Below are positions 7,210 to 15,571 of a stretch of DNA of 37,308 nt, in pieces. Origin of the DNA: Bacillota bacterium (GTDB lineage Bacteria > Bacillota > Clostridia > Acetivibrionales > DTU013). The DNA lies in assembly GCA_023415815.1 (NCBI GenBank), contig JAEZJL010000160.1:1-37308 (forward strand), read 5' to 3'. The notes beneath the pieces are model-generated. The model searched no databases and was not told the DNA's origin. It saw only the letters and a program-made list of their open reading frames with translations. A program made the translations under genes and the position numbers. Position 1 is the stretch's first letter. Each line of letters starts with the position of its first letter.

Positions 7210-8025
7210 CTATTCTATTTTCATGCGCCCCATTATTTCGGCGTCCGGCGTCAGGCCGAACCTTTCGGCGATCTCCTCGAGCTGCCAGGCTTCAAGCCTG
7301 TTTCTGATCGGGCCTGCCGCTGCGGACTTGATATATATCTCCGCTGCCTTTTCCATGGTATCTATCAGGCCGAGCACTTCGTCGGGATTTCTCCCCCAGC
7401 CCAGGGCTCCGTGAAACTGCCACACCACGGCGCTGCGCTTCTTAAAAGCGTTTGCGGTGGCGTCCGCCAGCTCGTTCGAACCGGCAGCCATCCAGGGCAG
7501 CAGCTCTATGCCCTCGGGAAATACGCATATGCACTCCGTGTGCATCTCCCACAAAAGCCTTGTAAGGCTGTAGGTGTCAAGCTCAAGCGCATAGGTCAAA
7601 GCAATCAGGTTTGCCGGGTGGGTATGGATGATAGTGCTTTTGGTATCCGGTACGGCAGCCTTTTTTATCGCATGCACCTCCAGGTGGGAGGGAAGCTCGC
7701 AGGAGGGGCTGCCTCCGTCAGAAAAGCCCCATACCGTCCTGTACCTTTCTCCGGCGCCGTCGATTTCTATAACTCCGAGGTTCCTTTCGGGCTCCTCCGC
7801 AATATTCTTGAGATACTTCCCCGTACCGCTTATCAAAATAAACTCGCCGCCCAGGCCTCCGACCTCTTTCGGGAGCGCAGTCCAGGACTGCCCTTCCCCT
7901 TTGTGCACGAGCTTTTCCCTGTCCTCAGCCGTCAGCCGCATGCTGATATTGCCCGCATTCCTTTCGGCCCAGCCCTTTCTCCACAATTCTCCGCTTACCT
8001 TGCATACCTCTTTTAAAAATTCCAT
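7210..8025 (-). CDS. rhaD: Rhamnulose-1-phosphate aldolase (class II aldolase/adducin family)
   Basis: Collinear with E. coli RhaD as I recall it. Shared segments: KGWAERNAGNIS, ISGTGKYLKNI, ELPSHL, HTHPANLIALTY, ECICVFPEGIELLPWM, GLIDTMEKAAEI. Length 271 aa versus 274. Confidence 0.85.
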   Translation of the reverse strand: MEFLKEVCKVSGELWRKGWAERNAGNISMRLTAEDREKLVHKGEGQSWTALPKEVGGLGGEFILISGTGKYLKNIAEEPERNLGVIEIDGAGERYRTVWGFSDGGSPSCELPSHLEVHAIKKAAVPDTKSTIIHTHPANLIALTYALELDTYSLTRLLWEMHTECICVFPEGIELLPWMAAGSNELADATANAFKKRSAVVWQFHGALGWGRNPDEVLGLIDTMEKAAEIYIKSAAAGPIRNRLEAWQLEEIAERFGLTPDAEIMGRMKIE

Positions 8026-8293
8026 AGTCAGCTTCCTCTCGGCTTATAATGACGTTAAAGCTACAGTTACATCTTACTAATATGCCTATACGGTGTCAAC
8101 CCGGGCAGGAGCCGAAACCCGGCGCTGCGCTGTCGAAGCCGTTCCCCGGCGCTGAAATGCGCATCAGGGAGAATACGGCCGCCTGCCGGCTGTTTCCGCC
8201 GCTGCAGCCTCGGTCCCGCCAGGGCCTCCGTACTTGTATACTCCGGGCCGGCCTGCTATAATTAGTGCATTCTGACTGATAGGAGCCGCGACA

Positions 8294-8959
8294 GTGATAA
8301 CATTTGAAATACAGGATAAAAGCATCGAGCTTGCGGAATACAGCGATGACGCTGCACTGAACGAACTTGTCGACGCGCTTGAGGGCTTCCGCCTCCGGAA
8401 CGGTCTTAAGACAAGAAACTGCCAGGGCTGCGGCAAATGCTGCAAGGACAATATTCCGGTGCTCGGCCTCGATTTGCCGGTAATTCCCGGAGGCCTCGCC
8501 TCCACTGGGGAAGGTGAGCCCGGAAGCTGCATCGTGCTGCCCGAAAAACCTGATCTTGAGGCCAGACGGAAGGCGCTGACCGAGCTTCGGAGGACGAACG
8601 GACTGACGGAGCTGGAAGCCGCCCTCATCTATGAGTACAACAATTCCGAGCCGCTTATCCTCGCACGCCAGCAAGGCGGGGCCTGCCTTTTCCTCAAAAA
8701 CAGACTGTGCTCCGTGTACGGCAGAAGGCCTTACAGCTGCGGGCTCTATCTGTGCAACATGGGCGAGAAGCTTTCATATATACAGGAGATGATCATACGT
8801 CAGGGCACCTGGCACGCTTACCACCTCCTTGGATGGGTTTCCGCGGAAGAGATAAGCCATAACCCGTTTCTCAAGGCATCATCTTATGATGAGCTTCTTG
8901 TGAAAGATTTTGACTTCGGCCTTGAAAACGCGCTTGAACAGCTGTTCTTTTATTTTTAA
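8294..8959 (+). CDS. YkgJ-family (UPF0153) cysteine-cluster protein
   Basis: CQGCGKCC (the CxxCxxCC signature) and a later GACLFL...CSVYGRRPYSCGLY block. GTG start. Confidence 0.7.
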   Translation: MITFEIQDKSIELAEYSDDAALNELVDALEGFRLRNGLKTRNCQGCGKCCKDNIPVLGLDLPVIPGGLASTGEGEPGSCIVLPEKPDLEARRKALTELRRTNGLTELEAALIYEYNNSEPLILARQQGGACLFLKNRLCSVYGRRPYSCGLYLCNMGEKLSYIQEMIIRQGTWHAYHLLGWVSAEEISHNPFLKASSYDELLVKDFDFGLENALEQLFFYF

Positions 8960-9030
8960 TCCCATTGTCCCTTTTACATCACGGAGCAATAATATAAAAT
9001 AATAGCAATAATAAAGATGGAGATTCAGGC

Positions 9031-10068
9031 ATGACCGTTCCGGCACTTACAATCGAACAGGTTACAAAGCGTTTTCACGAGCTCGATGCCGTGTGCGATA
9101 TCAGCCTGTCTGTCAATCCCTGTGAAATAGTGGCGCTCAAGGGTCAGGTAGGCGCCGGTAAAACCACGCTGATAAAGCTTGCCTCCGGTCTGCTCCAGCC
9201 TACCTCGGGGAGCATTAGCGTCCAGGGCAGGCAGCTCATCCCCGGCAGCCCCGCAAACGCTTCCCTGCTCGGAGCCGCATTCCGTGAAGAGGGCGTATAC
9301 GCAAGACTTACCGTCCGGGAATATCTCACCTTTTTCCAGAAGCTTTACAGCTTGCCGGCCGAAAGGGTGGACGAGGTCATAAGGCTGGCAGGTCTGCTGG
9401 ACCGGCAGGACCAGGCGCTGAAGAAATTTACGGAGAATCTCGTCTCCCGGCTGCGGACTGCCAGGGCGTTGCTGCACCGTCCGCCCGTTCTGCTGTTTGA
9501 CGAGCCCACCTTCGGGCTTGACCTTGAAACCACCGAAATTGTCCGGAAAATGATACTGAAGGCCGCCTCGGAAGGCGCGGCAGTGCTGCTTGCGACCTCC
9601 TCCTACGAAGAGGCCGCCTCGATAGCCCACAGGACAGGTATTTTGAACAGGGGCAGGCTGGAGGCCTGGGAAAAAGCCGAAGAAATAAATCAGCCTGCGG
9701 CAAGTGCTTCCCTGTCCCCGGGCAATCATATTAAATTTGAAAAAATCCCGGCAAGGCTCAACGACAGGATCATCTTGTTTAATCCTCTCGAGCTGATATA
9801 TATCGAAAGCCGGGAAGGTCAGTCCGTCCTCCATACTGTGAACGAGAGCTTTCCATGTCCGCTCACCCTGTCCGAGCTCGAAGAAAGATTAAAGCCGCTG
9901 GGCTTTTTCCGTTCCCACCGCTCTTACATCGTCAACCTCCAGCGTGTAAGGGAGGTCATCCCCTGGACGAGGAACAGCTACAGCCTAGTCCTTGACGACA
10001 CACAGAAAACGACGATTCCATTGAGTAAAAACTGCATCAAGGAGCTCGAGGGTTTAATCGGGGTGTAA
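9031..10068 (+). CDS. Fusion of a degenerate ABC ATPase domain with a C-terminal LytTR DNA-binding domain
   Basis: Walker A GQVGAGKTT and Walker B LLFDEPTFGLD are intact. The signature reads FTENL instead of LSGGQ, and the H-loop reads TSSYEE instead of TSH. The C-terminal ~100 aa carries LELIYIES...FFRSHRSYIVNLQRV...IPLSKN, typical of LytTR. Confidence 0.85.
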   Translation: MTVPALTIEQVTKRFHELDAVCDISLSVNPCEIVALKGQVGAGKTTLIKLASGLLQPTSGSISVQGRQLIPGSPANASLLGAAFREEGVYARLTVREYLTFFQKLYSLPAERVDEVIRLAGLLDRQDQALKKFTENLVSRLRTARALLHRPPVLLFDEPTFGLDLETTEIVRKMILKAASEGAAVLLATSSYEEAASIAHRTGILNRGRLEAWEKAEEINQPAASASLSPGNHIKFEKIPARLNDRIILFNPLELIYIESREGQSVLHTVNESFPCPLTLSELEERLKPLGFFRSHRSYIVNLQRVREVIPWTRNSYSLVLDDTQKTTIPLSKNCIKELEGLIGV

Positions 10069-10244
10069 GCAGGAGGGTTAAAGCGGCCAAACACACGCCT
10101 TTTGAGTAAAGGCTGCACGTTTTTGACACTTCATTCAGGTCCTTATTTGCTCCTTTCACCTGTTCAGCCGAGCCTTTAAACCCTTTTTTATGGAATCAAC
10201 CGCGGATTTGTGTCACAATGATACCGGAAGGAGGCTTAAAACGA

Positions 10245-10640
10245 ATGAGAACAAAAAATAGTTTAATGGCGCTGCTGCTTATCGCAGCCGGACTGATCCT
10301 ATTTATCTCGTCCATCGCGTCTCTACCGGCGGACGACATGGCGACCGTCCCGGACGGATACGCCGGCATCTGCAGCGCCGATATGTCGGAAGCCCGCAGC
10401 AATGCCGTTATATACGGCTTTGAGCTGGATGCGGAGAAGCAGACAAGCTTCTATATCTGGACAAATATGTCCGCGGAAAAGAATGTGAGGCTTACAGGCC
10501 CGGGAAACATGACGGTTGATCTTCTGAACGGTGAAAGCACTATCAATCAGTCGGACATCCGGCTGGAACCCGGAAAATATGAAATAACCGTCACAAATCC
10601 GGCCGGCAAGGGCGATCTATTTATATATTCAAAAAGTTAA
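10245..10640 (+). CDS. Small membrane-anchored protein with a beta-rich extracytoplasmic domain
   Basis: ORF 10218..10640. ATG 10245 follows GGAAGGAGG. The N-terminus MRTKNSLMALLLIAAGLILFISSIASL looks like a TM or signal anchor. No recognisable family. Confidence 0.55.
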   Translation: MRTKNSLMALLLIAAGLILFISSIASLPADDMATVPDGYAGICSADMSEARSNAVIYGFELDAEKQTSFYIWTNMSAEKNVRLTGPGNMTVDLLNGESTINQSDIRLEPGKYEITVTNPAGKGDLFIYSKS

Positions 10641-10684
10641 CTCTGCCGGGAGTAAGGTCAGGCTGAATAAATGGAGGCTGGAAA

Positions 10685-11533
10685 ATGATTGAGGTAAAAA
10701 ATCTTAAAAAGCAATACGGCCCCAAAACGGCTGTAAAGGATATATCCTTCAAGGTTGACGAGGGGGAAATTTTCGGTTTTCTGGGCCCTAACGGAGCCGG
10801 CAAGACCACCACGGTAAAGATTCTTACCGGCCAAATGCTGCCAAGCTACGGCGAGGCCAGCGTTCTTGGACTTGACGTTACAAAGTGCGGCGATAAGCTG
10901 CACGGCAGAATCGGCGTGGTCCCGGAAAACGCCAATCTGTATGAGCGGCTGACAGTGAGGGAAAACCTGGAGTTTTTCTGCAGGCTCTATGCCTGCGAAA
11001 CCGATATCATCGGCTATTATCTGGAGCAGGTCAAGCTGTCCGGCGAGAAGGACACCCAGGTAAAAAAGCTTTCAAAGGGAATGAAGCAGAGGGTGCTGCT
11101 CGTAAGGGCGCTGCTGCACAAGCCCAGCGTGCTCTTTCTCGACGAACCCACTTCCGGGCTCGACCCTTCGTCGGCCGCCGACATACATGACCTTCTCAGC
11201 GGTCTGAATGCCGAAGGAATGACTATCCTGCTCACCTCGCACAACATGGAGGAGGTCGACAAGCTCTGCGGCCGGGTAGCCTTCATGGACGGCGGCGTCA
11301 TCGTGGACAGCGGCAAGACAAGAGAACTTAAAATGAAATACGCCGACAACAGAATAAAGCTCCTTCTTAAAAACGGTGACGTCCTTGAAGAGAAACAGCT
11401 CGGGCTGTCCGGAGAGGATACGGCCGCCTGCGTTGCGCAATGGATCAGGGAGGGCAGGGTTATAACGATTCATTCCTGCGAGCCGACACTTGGGGAAATA
11501 TTTATGAAGCTTACGGGGAGGAAAATAGCATGA
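10685..11533 (+). CDS. ABC transporter ATP-binding protein (canonical; ABC-2/CcmA-like)
   Basis: GPNGAGKTT, LSKGMKQRV, LFLDEPTSGLD and TSHNMEE are all intact. Confidence 0.9.
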   Translation: MIEVKNLKKQYGPKTAVKDISFKVDEGEIFGFLGPNGAGKTTTVKILTGQMLPSYGEASVLGLDVTKCGDKLHGRIGVVPENANLYERLTVRENLEFFCRLYACETDIIGYYLEQVKLSGEKDTQVKKLSKGMKQRVLLVRALLHKPSVLFLDEPTSGLDPSSAADIHDLLSGLNAEGMTILLTSHNMEEVDKLCGRVAFMDGGVIVDSGKTRELKMKYADNRIKLLLKNGDVLEEKQLGLSGEDTAACVAQWIREGRVITIHSCEPTLGEIFMKLTGRKIA

Positions 11534-12246
11534 ACGGAAGTGTTAAAAGAATCGGTGCAATATTGCTCAAAGAGCTCCAGGAGTTCAAATCAAATGGAAA
11601 TGTGCTCGTCTTGTATCTGCTGCCGCTCATCATCTACGGCATTTTCAAGGGCCTGATTGCAGAAATACCGGGTTCCTGGACGATCTCCCTCAGCCTTGTC
11701 ATGCTGGTCGGAGAAGTATGCCTTTACGTTCCCGCCATGCTGATCGCGGAGGAAAAGGAGAAGAAGACGCTCAATGTCCTGATGTTATCGCCTGCAAGAC
11801 CATTTGAGGTGTTTGCAGGCAAAGGACTTATAACCTTTATCACAGCTATGCTGTCCGGCTTGCTGATCTCGCTTCTGGGCGGCGCCGGGCTCCGGGACAT
11901 GGCGGTGATACTGGTGGCAACGGCTCTCGCAGCGATTGCATGTACGCTTTTGGGTATAATCATCGGCCTTCTGGCACAGAACCAGATGGCAACGGGCATG
12001 CTCGGTCTTCCGATTATGCTCCCCTTTATAATGCTGCCCTATCTGTCGATTATAGGAAACGAGACGATAATAAAAATATCAAGAATCATCCCGACCTACC
12101 ACTATTTTAAAATGCTCAGCCTCGGATTGGGCCAGCAGAAGGTCCTGTCCGACATGCTCCCCTATGTCGGGGCGCTCGCCGGCAGCGTCCTGGTATCGCT
12201 TGGACTGCTGCTTTTGATATACAGGAAAAAAGGCCTTGAGGCCTGA
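11530..12246 (+). CDS. ABC-2 type permease
   Basis: The ATG at 11530 overlaps the upstream stop as ATGA. The protein has about six hydrophobic spans and an ABC-2-like N-terminus, KRIGAILLKELQEF. Confidence 0.8.
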   Translation: MNGSVKRIGAILLKELQEFKSNGNVLVLYLLPLIIYGIFKGLIAEIPGSWTISLSLVMLVGEVCLYVPAMLIAEEKEKKTLNVLMLSPARPFEVFAGKGLITFITAMLSGLLISLLGGAGLRDMAVILVATALAAIACTLLGIIIGLLAQNQMATGMLGLPIMLPFIMLPYLSIIGNETIIKISRIIPTYHYFKMLSLGLGQQKVLSDMLPYVGALAGSVLVSLGLLLLIYRKKGLEA

Positions 12247-12252
12247 CGGCAT

Positions 12253-13422
12253 TTACCGGGCTATAACGGCAAGGCACCCGGCAAGGGGGCGTTCCTGGCC
12301 TTTGAAGGAGGGCCTGTTTACAATTTTGTCGTCCACGATCATCTCGGTCGAAGCTCCGCCGTCAAGCATTGCGGCATTTACCGCGCCCAGCCCCAGCAGG
12401 TATTCCGCAAGCTCCCTGCCCGTCAGCCCCGCGCTGTAGCCGGGCTGCCTGCCGTCTACCGTGAGAAGCAGCACGATTCCATTCTGTGTTATTCCCACCG
12501 CGGTCCGGGGATCGCGGTTTGTCATTACGCCCACCCACTCGTCCTTTTCCTTTGCAACCACGCTTCCGTCCTTCACCAGCCAGTTCCCGCATTCATACGC
12601 CTGCAGATCGGCGGGCAGCCCGGGCTCGTGTATAATCCCGGCGGTGTCGCCTCTTTTTATCGGGAGGCCGTCAGGATAGGAAGCTTCCACATTCATAAAA
12701 GTGATAAGCATACCGTGGTCTGGAATTTCGACTTCATCCTTATATATTCCTATATCGGCTACAAGGCCGTTTTTTACCGTTACGGTCAGGTTTTCCGAAT
12801 GTATCCGGTTGGTCCCGCCGTAGTACGGCGTGTAAACGGCTCCCTCGCCGCTCTTGATCGGTGAATTGAATTTGTCTATTTTCAGCCTGCCGCTTCCATA
12901 GTCCAGCCAGAGGCTGCTTTTGACCTCTCCTAGCGACGCTTTGCCGCCGCTCACCGTAAATACGGGGTACTTTCCCGTGGAGCCCGCTACCAGGCTGCCG
13001 TCTATGGCAACCATGCCGGAAGGGAGCCCGTATTCGGTGAAAAATCCGCCGTTTACGGCAGCATATGCCGATTTCCGTGAGGCCATGACGCTCAGGTTTT
13101 CAAAGCCGTAAATCAGGTCATGGGAAAGCACTGGAAGTATTTTCACACCCGGCTTCGATACATCCACCCTGAGAAGGTTTATTTCCTGCTTATTTCCCCC
13201 TATGGTCTCCGTCAAATGCTCGTATGTGACGCCGGAGTCTTCCTCGGCGGCAGCCTCCGGAGCAGTCGAGGGGGCGGGAGGGATTGCGCTTTTCTGCTTT
13301 TCAGACGAAAAATGTCCTGCATATAGAAATATGAAGGACATAATAATTGCCGCCGCAGCGATGCATAACAGGGTTATTCTTTTAGTCGTCAACCGGCCGG
13401 CTCCCTTCAACCGTTTTTTCAC
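12253..13422 (-). CDS. Membrane-anchored phosphodiester glycosidase family protein (NAGPA/DUF2233)
   Basis: YAAVNGGFF, DPRTAVGIT..., TVDGRQPGYSAGLTGRELAEYLLGLGAVNAAMLDGGAST. N-terminal TM ITLLCIAAAAIIMSFIFLY. The start is GTG 13422 or TTG 13392 (after GAAGGGAG). Either start overlaps the upstream gene end. Confidence 0.8.
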   Translation of the reverse strand: MKKRLKGAGRLTTKRITLLCIAAAAIIMSFIFLYAGHFSSEKQKSAIPPAPSTAPEAAAEEDSGVTYEHLTETIGGNKQEINLLRVDVSKPGVKILPVLSHDLIYGFENLSVMASRKSAYAAVNGGFFTEYGLPSGMVAIDGSLVAGSTGKYPVFTVSGGKASLGEVKSSLWLDYGSGRLKIDKFNSPIKSGEGAVYTPYYGGTNRIHSENLTVTVKNGLVADIGIYKDEVEIPDHGMLITFMNVEASYPDGLPIKRGDTAGIIHEPGLPADLQAYECGNWLVKDGSVVAKEKDEWVGVMTNRDPRTAVGITQNGIVLLLTVDGRQPGYSAGLTGRELAEYLLGLGAVNAAMLDGGASTEMIVDDKIVNRPSFKGQERPLAGCLAVIAR

Positions 13423-13795
13423 CGCCGGGCTCCGGAGCTGTCTTACCGCGCTTGCCGAGCTGCTTGTACAGCGATTCGGCCAGTCCGAAGGTACCGGTCT
13501 TCGAGGCCTGCTCCATCAGGCTATCGTCAAGCATGGATTCGAAAATATCCCTTCCGGCGTCCTGCTGCACGAGGTCTGACTTCACAATCGTCGCCTTCAT
13601 CTGCTTGTACATCGTATCCAGCATAATGGCTTCAAACTGCTGGCAGGCCGCTTTCAGCTCCTTATCGTCGCTGCTTTCCACAGCCGCCTGCAGGCGCTTT
13701 TCAAAGCTGTCGTCCGACGCTTTGTCCGCGGCCTGCGAGGCTGCGCCGGTTGTGAGACTGTTTGAGGCATAGCCTGTAATTTTTCCTATATCCAT
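13382..13795 (-). CDS. flgJ: Flagellar rod-binding protein (FlgJ N-terminal domain type, no hydrolase domain)
   Basis: QQFEAIMLDTMYKQM...IFESMLDDSLMEQASKTGTFGLAESLYKQL matches the rod-binding domain pattern. It lies directly downstream of flgG. Confidence 0.75.
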   Translation of the reverse strand: MDIGKITGYASNSLTTGAASQAADKASDDSFEKRLQAAVESSDDKELKAACQQFEAIMLDTMYKQMKATIVKSDLVQQDAGRDIFESMLDDSLMEQASKTGTFGLAESLYKQLGKRGKTAPEPGGEKTVEGSRPVDD

Positions 13796-13833
13796 ATTCG
13801 GCCCCGATCAATTAAATCACTGGATTTATTTTA

Positions 13834-14634
13834 TTACCTTCTGAGGTTGTTTGCAATACCAAGCATTTCATCCGAGGACTGGATGGCCTTTGAATTCAGC
13901 TCATATGCCCTCTGGGCGGCTATCATCTTGACCATTTCCTCAACCGTCTGGACATTGGAGGATTCAAGAAAGCCCTGGTTTATAAGGCTCAATGTGCCGA
14001 GCTCTCCATCGGGTATGGGTTCCCCCGTCGCCTCATTCCTTGCGTAAAGATTTCTGCCCTCGCTTTCGAGCCCATTTCTGTTTTCAAACTTGACAAGGCC
14101 CAGCTTCTGTCCCATCGGCTGCGTCACGCCGTCTTCGTCTACGTAGCTCAGCTCGCCTTCCTGGGAGACCTTTAAATCCGAAAGGTTGACGGTGATCAAA
14201 ATGGTGTTTTCCGTATCGTCAAGCACGGGAAAGCCGTCCGCGGTGGTAAGCATCTTTCCCTCGTCGGTTATGCTGATCTTGAAGCTGCCGTCCCTTGTAT
14301 AGTTTACATCCCCCTTGGGCCCCTGTATCATGAAAAAGCCTTCGCCATCTATCGAAAAGTCAAGAGGATTGTCGGTCTGCTCGGGATTTCCGGTCTCAAA
14401 GTTCTTAACCGTCGCAACATAGGTCGTACCGTGCCCCACCTGCAGATTGACAGGCTTTCCCTGTCCGTCGAGGACGCGCGCCCTGTCCAGCGTCTCATAC
14501 AGCAGGTCCTTGAACTCCACGCGCTCCTTTTTATAGGCGGTGGTATTTACATTTGACAGATTGTTGGCTATTACATCCACATTGAACTGCTGGGCTTCCA
14601 TTCCGGATGCCGCAGTCCACAGCGCCCTCATCAT
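13834..14634 (-). CDS. flgG: Flagellar basal-body rod protein FlgG
   Basis: N-terminus MMRALWTAASGMEAQQFNVDVIANNLSNVNTTAYKK and C-terminus GFLESSNVQTVEEMVKMIAAQRAYELNSK. Confidence 0.9.
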   Translation of the reverse strand: MMRALWTAASGMEAQQFNVDVIANNLSNVNTTAYKKERVEFKDLLYETLDRARVLDGQGKPVNLQVGHGTTYVATVKNFETGNPEQTDNPLDFSIDGEGFFMIQGPKGDVNYTRDGSFKISITDEGKMLTTADGFPVLDDTENTILITVNLSDLKVSQEGELSYVDEDGVTQPMGQKLGLVKFENRNGLESEGRNLYARNEATGEPIPDGELGTLSLINQGFLESSNVQTVEEMVKMIAAQRAYELNSKAIQSSDEMLGIANNLRR

Positions 14635-14653
14635 ACTTTAACCCTCCCGGTCC

Positions 14654-15433
14654 TTATCTGAGTGATCCTACTTCATTCACCGCTTTTTCCAGCGTGCTGT
14701 CCTGCGCCTGCAAAACCTTCTGGTTTGCCTCGTAGGAGCGCATCACGGTTATCATGTCCACCATTTCTCTCACTATATTTACATTCGACTGCTCGAGGAA
14801 GCCCTGCTGCACCGTCCCGCCGAAGTCCTCCTCCTCGGTCTGGTCTGTCCGCTCAAGCAGATTGTCGCCGTACTTACGCAGAGTCTTCGTATCCGTAAAT
14901 TGCTTTATAAGGAGCTTGTCCACCGCCTGGCCGCCCTGCACAATGCTGCCGTCCTCCTCTACCGAGAAATCGCCGTCGTCCAGCACTATGGGGCCGTTCT
15001 CACCCTCCACCGCATATCCGTCCTTCGTCAGCAGCTTATTTCCAGGGCCGATGATAAATGAGCCGTCCCTTGTGTAATATTCTTTTTCATTGCCTTCGGC
15101 ATCGGGAACCAGAACAGAAAAAAATGCCGTATCGGAATCCCTTATGGCCATATCCAGCCTGCTCCCAGTGTTTGTCAGCTGGCCCTGGCTGAAATAGGTG
15201 TAAACCTCTCCCACATCGTTTCCAAGCCGCATGCCTCCTATGACCCCGGAAGGATTCGTGACGCTCATGGTGTCGTTTATCCTTTTGGTCAGGAGCTCCG
15301 GAAAGCTTTCAAAAACCATCGTGTCCTTTTTGAAGCCGGTGGTGTTGACATTGGCAAGGTTGTTTGATATTATATCCATTTTCTTTTGAATCGCCAGCAT
15401 ACTCCAGCCGGAGGTGTACAAGCCGCGTATCAT
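14654..15433 (-). CDS. flgF: Flagellar basal-body rod protein, FlgF/FlhO-like
   Basis: ORF 14654..15490. ATG 15433 follows AGGAG. N-terminus MIRGLYTSGWSMLAIQKKMDIISNNLANVNTTGFKK and C-terminus GFLEQSNVNIVREMVDMITVMRSYEANQK. Confidence 0.8.
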   Translation of the reverse strand: MIRGLYTSGWSMLAIQKKMDIISNNLANVNTTGFKKDTMVFESFPELLTKRINDTMSVTNPSGVIGGMRLGNDVGEVYTYFSQGQLTNTGSRLDMAIRDSDTAFFSVLVPDAEGNEKEYYTRDGSFIIGPGNKLLTKDGYAVEGENGPIVLDDGDFSVEEDGSIVQGGQAVDKLLIKQFTDTKTLRKYGDNLLERTDQTEEEDFGGTVQQGFLEQSNVNIVREMVDMITVMRSYEANQKVLQAQDSTLEKAVNEVGSLR

Positions 15434-15494
15434 ATTTCGCTCCTGAAAAAAGGATTTTTCACTGATATTTATATCGGCTTTTGAATACAAAGCC

Positions 15495-15543
15495 TTAACA
15501 AAAATAAACCGGACAGGATTTGAAGTACTGCTTCCCTGTCCGG
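15495..15543 (-). terminator. Rho-independent terminator after mreB
   Basis: On the minus strand: CCGGACAGG, a 17-nt loop, CCTGTCCGG, then TTTATTTTTGTT. It begins 28 nt after the mreB stop. Confidence 0.6.
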
Positions 15544-15571
15544 CTATTTATGTACTATAAAGATTGCGCTT

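Noticed and set aside
10131-10170. A possible LytTR operator, from the repeated TTCAG(G/C)-containing motifs CATTCAGG and CTGTTCAGC upstream of the small membrane-protein gene.
   Set aside because: The two copies are 29 bp apart, not the ~21-bp phasing typical of LytTR direct repeats. The shared core is only 5-6 nt, so it is indistinguishable from chance.
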